Positions 60,431 to 64,000 of a stretch of 64,000 bases of DNA are shown one piece after another. Position 1 is the first letter of the stretch; each line of letters starts with the position of its first letter. The position numbers and the translations under genes were made by a program. Under the pieces are notes generated by a model, which worked only from the letters and a program-made list of their open reading frames with translations, made no database searches and had not been told where the DNA came from. Source of the DNA: an uncultured Bacteroidales bacterium (GTDB lineage Bacteria; Bacteroidota; Bacteroidia; Bacteroidales; UBA4417); assembly GCA_963802185.1 (NCBI GenBank), contig CAWDHU010000017.1:278759-342758 (forward strand), written 5' to 3'.

Positions 60431-61390
60431 TTATTTGCTTCCAATAATCTGCAAAAGTTCATCAAGTTTTGGCGACAGGATTATCTCAGTTCTGCGGTTT
60501 TTGGCTTTGTTTGCAGCCGAAGTATTAGGTTCGACAGGCAAAAACTCACCACGGCCTGAGGCAACTAAACGGGTAGGGTTAATTTTGCCATTATTGAGTA
60601 TTATTTTCACGATCGAAGTTGCGCGCATCACACTCAGGTCCCAATTATCTGAAACCTGGTTTTGGCTGTTTAGTGGCACATTGTCAGTATGACCTTCGAT
60701 AAGTACATTAATATCAGGATTATTCTCCAATACTTTTGCGAGATCTTTTAACGCAACAATACCATCTTTACTTACATCCCACTTACCTGATGCAAAAAGA
60801 AGTTTCTCTTCGAGCGAAACATAAACTTTACCATCTTTTATGTGCACTGTAAGTCCTTTACCTTCAAATCCCATGAGTGCATCTGAAACTGCCTTGCGCA
60901 AAGCATTGGTTATTGAATCTTGTTTATGCATAGCAGCCTTAAGTGTAGCAAGGTTTTTACCTTTAATATCAAGTTCTTTCTGCAAGGCGTTTACACGGTC
61001 CTCCCTTGCCAACAAACTGTCTTGTAAGGATTTTAATGCCATCAGACCTTTGGCTGCATCTTCGAAATTAGCTGCAAACTGAACTTTGAGCAATTCGTGC
61101 GAACGATCAAGTTCGTTGTAATCGGCAGTAAGTAAACGTAGCACAGATCCCAGACGGGATGTATCTGCTTTGAGCTGGGCAATTTCTTTCTTATACCGTT
61201 GGTTATCAGATGAAAGTTCATTAACCTGGGTACTAAGTTCGTCAACCTTAGCATTGAGAGTGGAACTTTCTTCGTTGCATTTCGCTGTAAGGGCGTTGTA
61301 TTTTTTTGTAGAAACGCATGAAGTGAAAGTAGCTGCAACTAAAACAATAACCAATAACCTGGTTATTTTTTCGAACATTTTTAAATTCAT
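60431..61390 (-). CDS. OmpA/MotB-family lipoprotein with a coiled coil
   Basis: Lipobox FTSC-VSTKKY, coiled coil, IEGHTDNVP, NWDLSVMRA, NRRTEIIL. Confidence 0.88.
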   Translation of the reverse strand: MNLKMFEKITRLLVIVLVAATFTSCVSTKKYNALTAKCNEESSTLNAKVDELSTQVNELSSDNQRYKKEIAQLKADTSRLGSVLRLLTADYNELDRSHELLKVQFAANFEDAAKGLMALKSLQDSLLAREDRVNALQKELDIKGKNLATLKAAMHKQDSITNALRKAVSDALMGFEGKGLTVHIKDGKVYVSLEEKLLFASGKWDVSKDGIVALKDLAKVLENNPDINVLIEGHTDNVPLNSQNQVSDNWDLSVMRATSIVKIILNNGKINPTRLVASGRGEFLPVEPNTSAANKAKNRRTEIILSPKLDELLQIIGSK

Positions 61391-61426
61391 AAAAAAGAGT
61401 TAAAGATTTGAAATGATATTTGAACT

Positions 61427-62191
61427 TTAAAAATTTATTTCCAGTAAGGATGGGCAATGATCGGAATGAACCGCTAATGGCAAAATAGCTGCTCTCTCCA
61501 TGTTTTGTTCAAGTTCATCACTCACCATATGATAATCAATACGCCAGCCCAGGTTCCTGCTGCGGGCGCCGGAACGATAGCTCCACCAGGTATAATGATG
61601 AGGTTCCTTCACAAAGTACCTGAACGAATCGATAAATCCGCAATTGAGAAATCCAGTGACCCATTCTCGTTCTTCGGGGAGAAAACCACTGCTGGTTGCA
61701 TTGCGAATCGGGTCATGAATATCAATTGCACGGTGGCAAATGTTATAATCACCGGAGATTATCAGGTTTGGACGCGTTTTTTTTAATTCCAGGATGTAGT
61801 TTTGAAAATCTGCAAGCCATTGCATTTTAAATGCCTGGCGAAGATCACCGGTTGTTCCTGATGGATGATATACAGAAATCACACTTTTATCGCCATAATC
61901 AGCGCGGATAAGTCGTCCTTCGAAATCATATTTTTCGATACCCATTCCATAGACTACCTTATCAGGTTCAGTTTTGGATAATATGGCTACACCACTATAA
62001 CCCTTCTTTTCAGCCGGAAACCAGTAAGTGTGGTAACCTATTGCTTCGAATTCAATTAACGGAATCTGGTCAACCTGGGCTTTAATTTCCTGCAGGCAAA
62101 CTATATCAGGATCAGCAGCTTGTAGCCAATCCAGGAAGCCTTTGCTTATTGCAGCCCGTATCCCGTTTACATTATAAGTGATAATTTTCAT
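61427..62191 (-). CDS. xth: Exodeoxyribonuclease III
   Basis: YNVNGIRA, LQEIK, GYSGV, GDYNICH, YTWWSYR, GWRIDY, SDHCP. Confidence 0.97.
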   Translation of the reverse strand: MKIITYNVNGIRAAISKGFLDWLQAADPDIVCLQEIKAQVDQIPLIEFEAIGYHTYWFPAEKKGYSGVAILSKTEPDKVVYGMGIEKYDFEGRLIRADYGDKSVISVYHPSGTTGDLRQAFKMQWLADFQNYILELKKTRPNLIISGDYNICHRAIDIHDPIRNATSSGFLPEEREWVTGFLNCGFIDSFRYFVKEPHHYTWWSYRSGARSRNLGWRIDYHMVSDELEQNMERAAILPLAVHSDHCPSLLEINF

Positions 62192-62874
62192 TTAGGTCCA
62201 GTTTCGCGTACAAAATTAGAAAATTTAGCGGTGGGGACTCCCCGTTATTATGATAAGTTATACAGTAATAATCAACAACAATTAAAACTACTTCCTGCAG
62301 AGAATGAAAAATGTGAATGTCATTTATTACTGTACTATTGGTGTTTTGATTATAAAGGAAGAGATCATAGATTCCGGGTAGCAGTACCTACTAATAAGTA
62401 TTTAAGATTTTCAATTTATTTTAAAAATTATTTGTGTATGAATACAAATAACATTTATTATATTTGAGACCTATTTAGATTGACTTTTGCTATTGACGTT
62501 ATTTATTTGAGCTGTAAACCTACGTCGTGGCAAATGTATTAGTTCGTATGCCTTTTTGAGTGATCATTAAGGGAATCAATGTGAGGTGAAATGTTTGCAA
62601 ATGCAAATAACTTTACTTATCATGCCTATCCCTGATTGATTACATCAATGATTGTGTATGGATATTAGGGTGTTGAGGTACAATTAAAATGCTTTTTAAG
62701 CATTGATTGAGAAATGACTGTTATGGTTTCCCGTGATGTGGAAAGGATATGCCTATTCTGAATTGATGTATAAAAGTGTTTGCTCCAAAGAATAAATTAC
62801 TAAACCCGGTCAGAGTTTTTTGCTGACCAAATATTTGCTGCTCCCAAGGTGTCTGCTAACTAGTATTTACTATT

Positions 62875-64000
62875 ATGAAAATGGAAGAATCTGAATCAAA
62901 ACTGAACTTATCGGAAAACCCGTATCTGGACATAATCAATAGCCTGAATGATGCTATTTATATTTTGGATAAAGATGGATATTTTCTGGATGTTAGTGAT
63001 GCTGCTGAAAGATTGTATGGTTATAAAAAGGATTATTTCATTGATAAAAATCCAGAATTTTTATCTGCCCCAGGCTTTAACGATATAGATCAGGTATTAA
63101 ATTACATAAAAGAAGCCTACAATGGGAAGACTGTACTATTCGAATTTTGGGGATTAAAGAAAGACGGTACAGTTTTTCCAAAAGAAGTTAGCCTTACGCC
63201 AGGTTCATGGTTCGGAAAGAAAGTGGTTATTGCCGTTGGTCGCGAAATGACGGAACGCAAAAAAGCCGAAGAAGCATTAAAAATTAGTGAAGAAAAATAC
63301 CGCTTACTTGTTCAGTATTCCAGTGACCCTATTTTTAGCTTTAATCCCGACGAATCCTATAGGTTTGTAAATGAAGCATTTGCGATCCAGTTCGGCAAAA
63401 AGCCTGAAGAAATTATAGGGAAAACACCCTTTGATATTTTTCCACATGATGAAGCTGAAAAAAGACTCAGGCTTGTGCGGCAAGTATTTCAAACAGGTGA
63501 AACAGGTGAAATTGAAGTAAAAGTCATCAATGCCCAGGGAGAAGAAAAATTTTACCTAACCATAGTTGACCCGATAAAAGACACAAAGGGTGATATTTTG
63601 TGGGTTACCTGTATTTCGAAGGAAATAACCTTGCGTAAAAAAGCGGAAGAAGAACTGAAGCTGAAAAATGAATTACTCAATGCAAGTAATGCTGAGAAAG
63701 ACAAATTCTTTTCGATAATCGCCCACGACCTGCGGGGCCCAATGAATGGATTCCTCGGCCTTACAGGTATAATGGCCGATGATATTGAGAGTTTATCTGC
63801 GTTCGAACTTAAAGAAATTGCAACTACTATGCGTTCGTCGGCAGTCAATATTTACCGGCTGATCGAAAACCTGCTCGAATGGTCAAAGATGCAGCGTGGC
63901 AAAATTAAATTTGAACCACAGCCAATGTTCCTTAAATCGTCTCTGACAAAAAGCATTGAGCTTATGAATGATTCTGTCCATAAAAAAGAAATTGAGCTCC
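62875..64000 (+). CDS. PAS-PAS sensor histidine kinase, 3'-truncated by the window edge (absent from the ORF track)
   Basis: Manual translation MKMEESESKLNLSENPYLDIINSLNDAIYILDKDG...KKDGTVFPKEV...ERKKAEEALKISEEKYRLLV...EKDKFFSIIAHDLRGP...ENLLEWS, open to the window end. Confidence 0.9.
   Translation, partial: MKMEESESKLNLSENPYLDIINSLNDAIYILDKDGYFLDVSDAAERLYGYKKDYFIDKNPEFLSAPGFNDIDQVLNYIKEAYNGKTVLFEFWGLKKDGTVFPKEVSLTPGSWFGKKVVIAVGREMTERKKAEEALKISEEKYRLLVQYSSDPIFSFNPDESYRFVNEAFAIQFGKKPEEIIGKTPFDIFPHDEAEKRLRLVRQVFQTGETGEIEVKVINAQGEEKFYLTIVDPIKDTKGDILWVTCISKEITLRKKAEEELKLKNELLNASNAEKDKFFSIIAHDLRGPMNGFLGLTGIMADDIESLSAFELKEIATTMRSSAVNIYRLIENLLEWSKMQRGKIKFEPQPMFLKSSLTKSIELMNDSVHKKEIEL

Noticed and set aside
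62231-62467. 78-aa GTG ORF in the xth-kinase intergenic region
   Set aside because: Very AT-rich, Tyr/Asn-biased and without recognisable motifs; likely spurious.

Overview
A 64-kb, AT-rich chromosomal window from a Bacteroidota (Bacteroidales-like) bacterium, judged from TAnnTTTG promoters, A-rich non-SD start contexts, T9SS sorting domains and an HmuY/TonB locus. Most of it is housekeeping: infB (5'-truncated), purA, fur, relA/spoT, gap, lepA, yebC, ackA, hemD, rnpA, yidD, cdd, panC/panD, radA, carAB and xth. I found no rRNA, tRNA, CRISPR array or transposase. The strongest signals are regulatory and missing from the ORF track. (1) Two tandem poly-Cys leader peptides (23 aa and 34 aa, shared CCCMS core), each with its own antiterminator/terminator, precede a DUF4395-cysK operon; this looks like a double cysteine-sensing attenuator. 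(2) A membrane-anchored, His-cluster uORF ending in the ribosome-arrest motif RGPP heads an operon encoding a T9SS-secreted HmuY-like protein, a TonB receptor and an HmuY-like lipoprotein, with a tandem pair of structured RNA elements inside. (3) An ECF sigma locus carries three copies of a TGTAAC-N17-CGT promoter, a triple-repeat anti-sigma and duplicated DUF2807 genes. Also present are a doubly frameshifted T9SS type-B gene and a small toxin-antitoxin islet bounded by a duplicated terminator. All calls come from reading the sequence; no searches were run.
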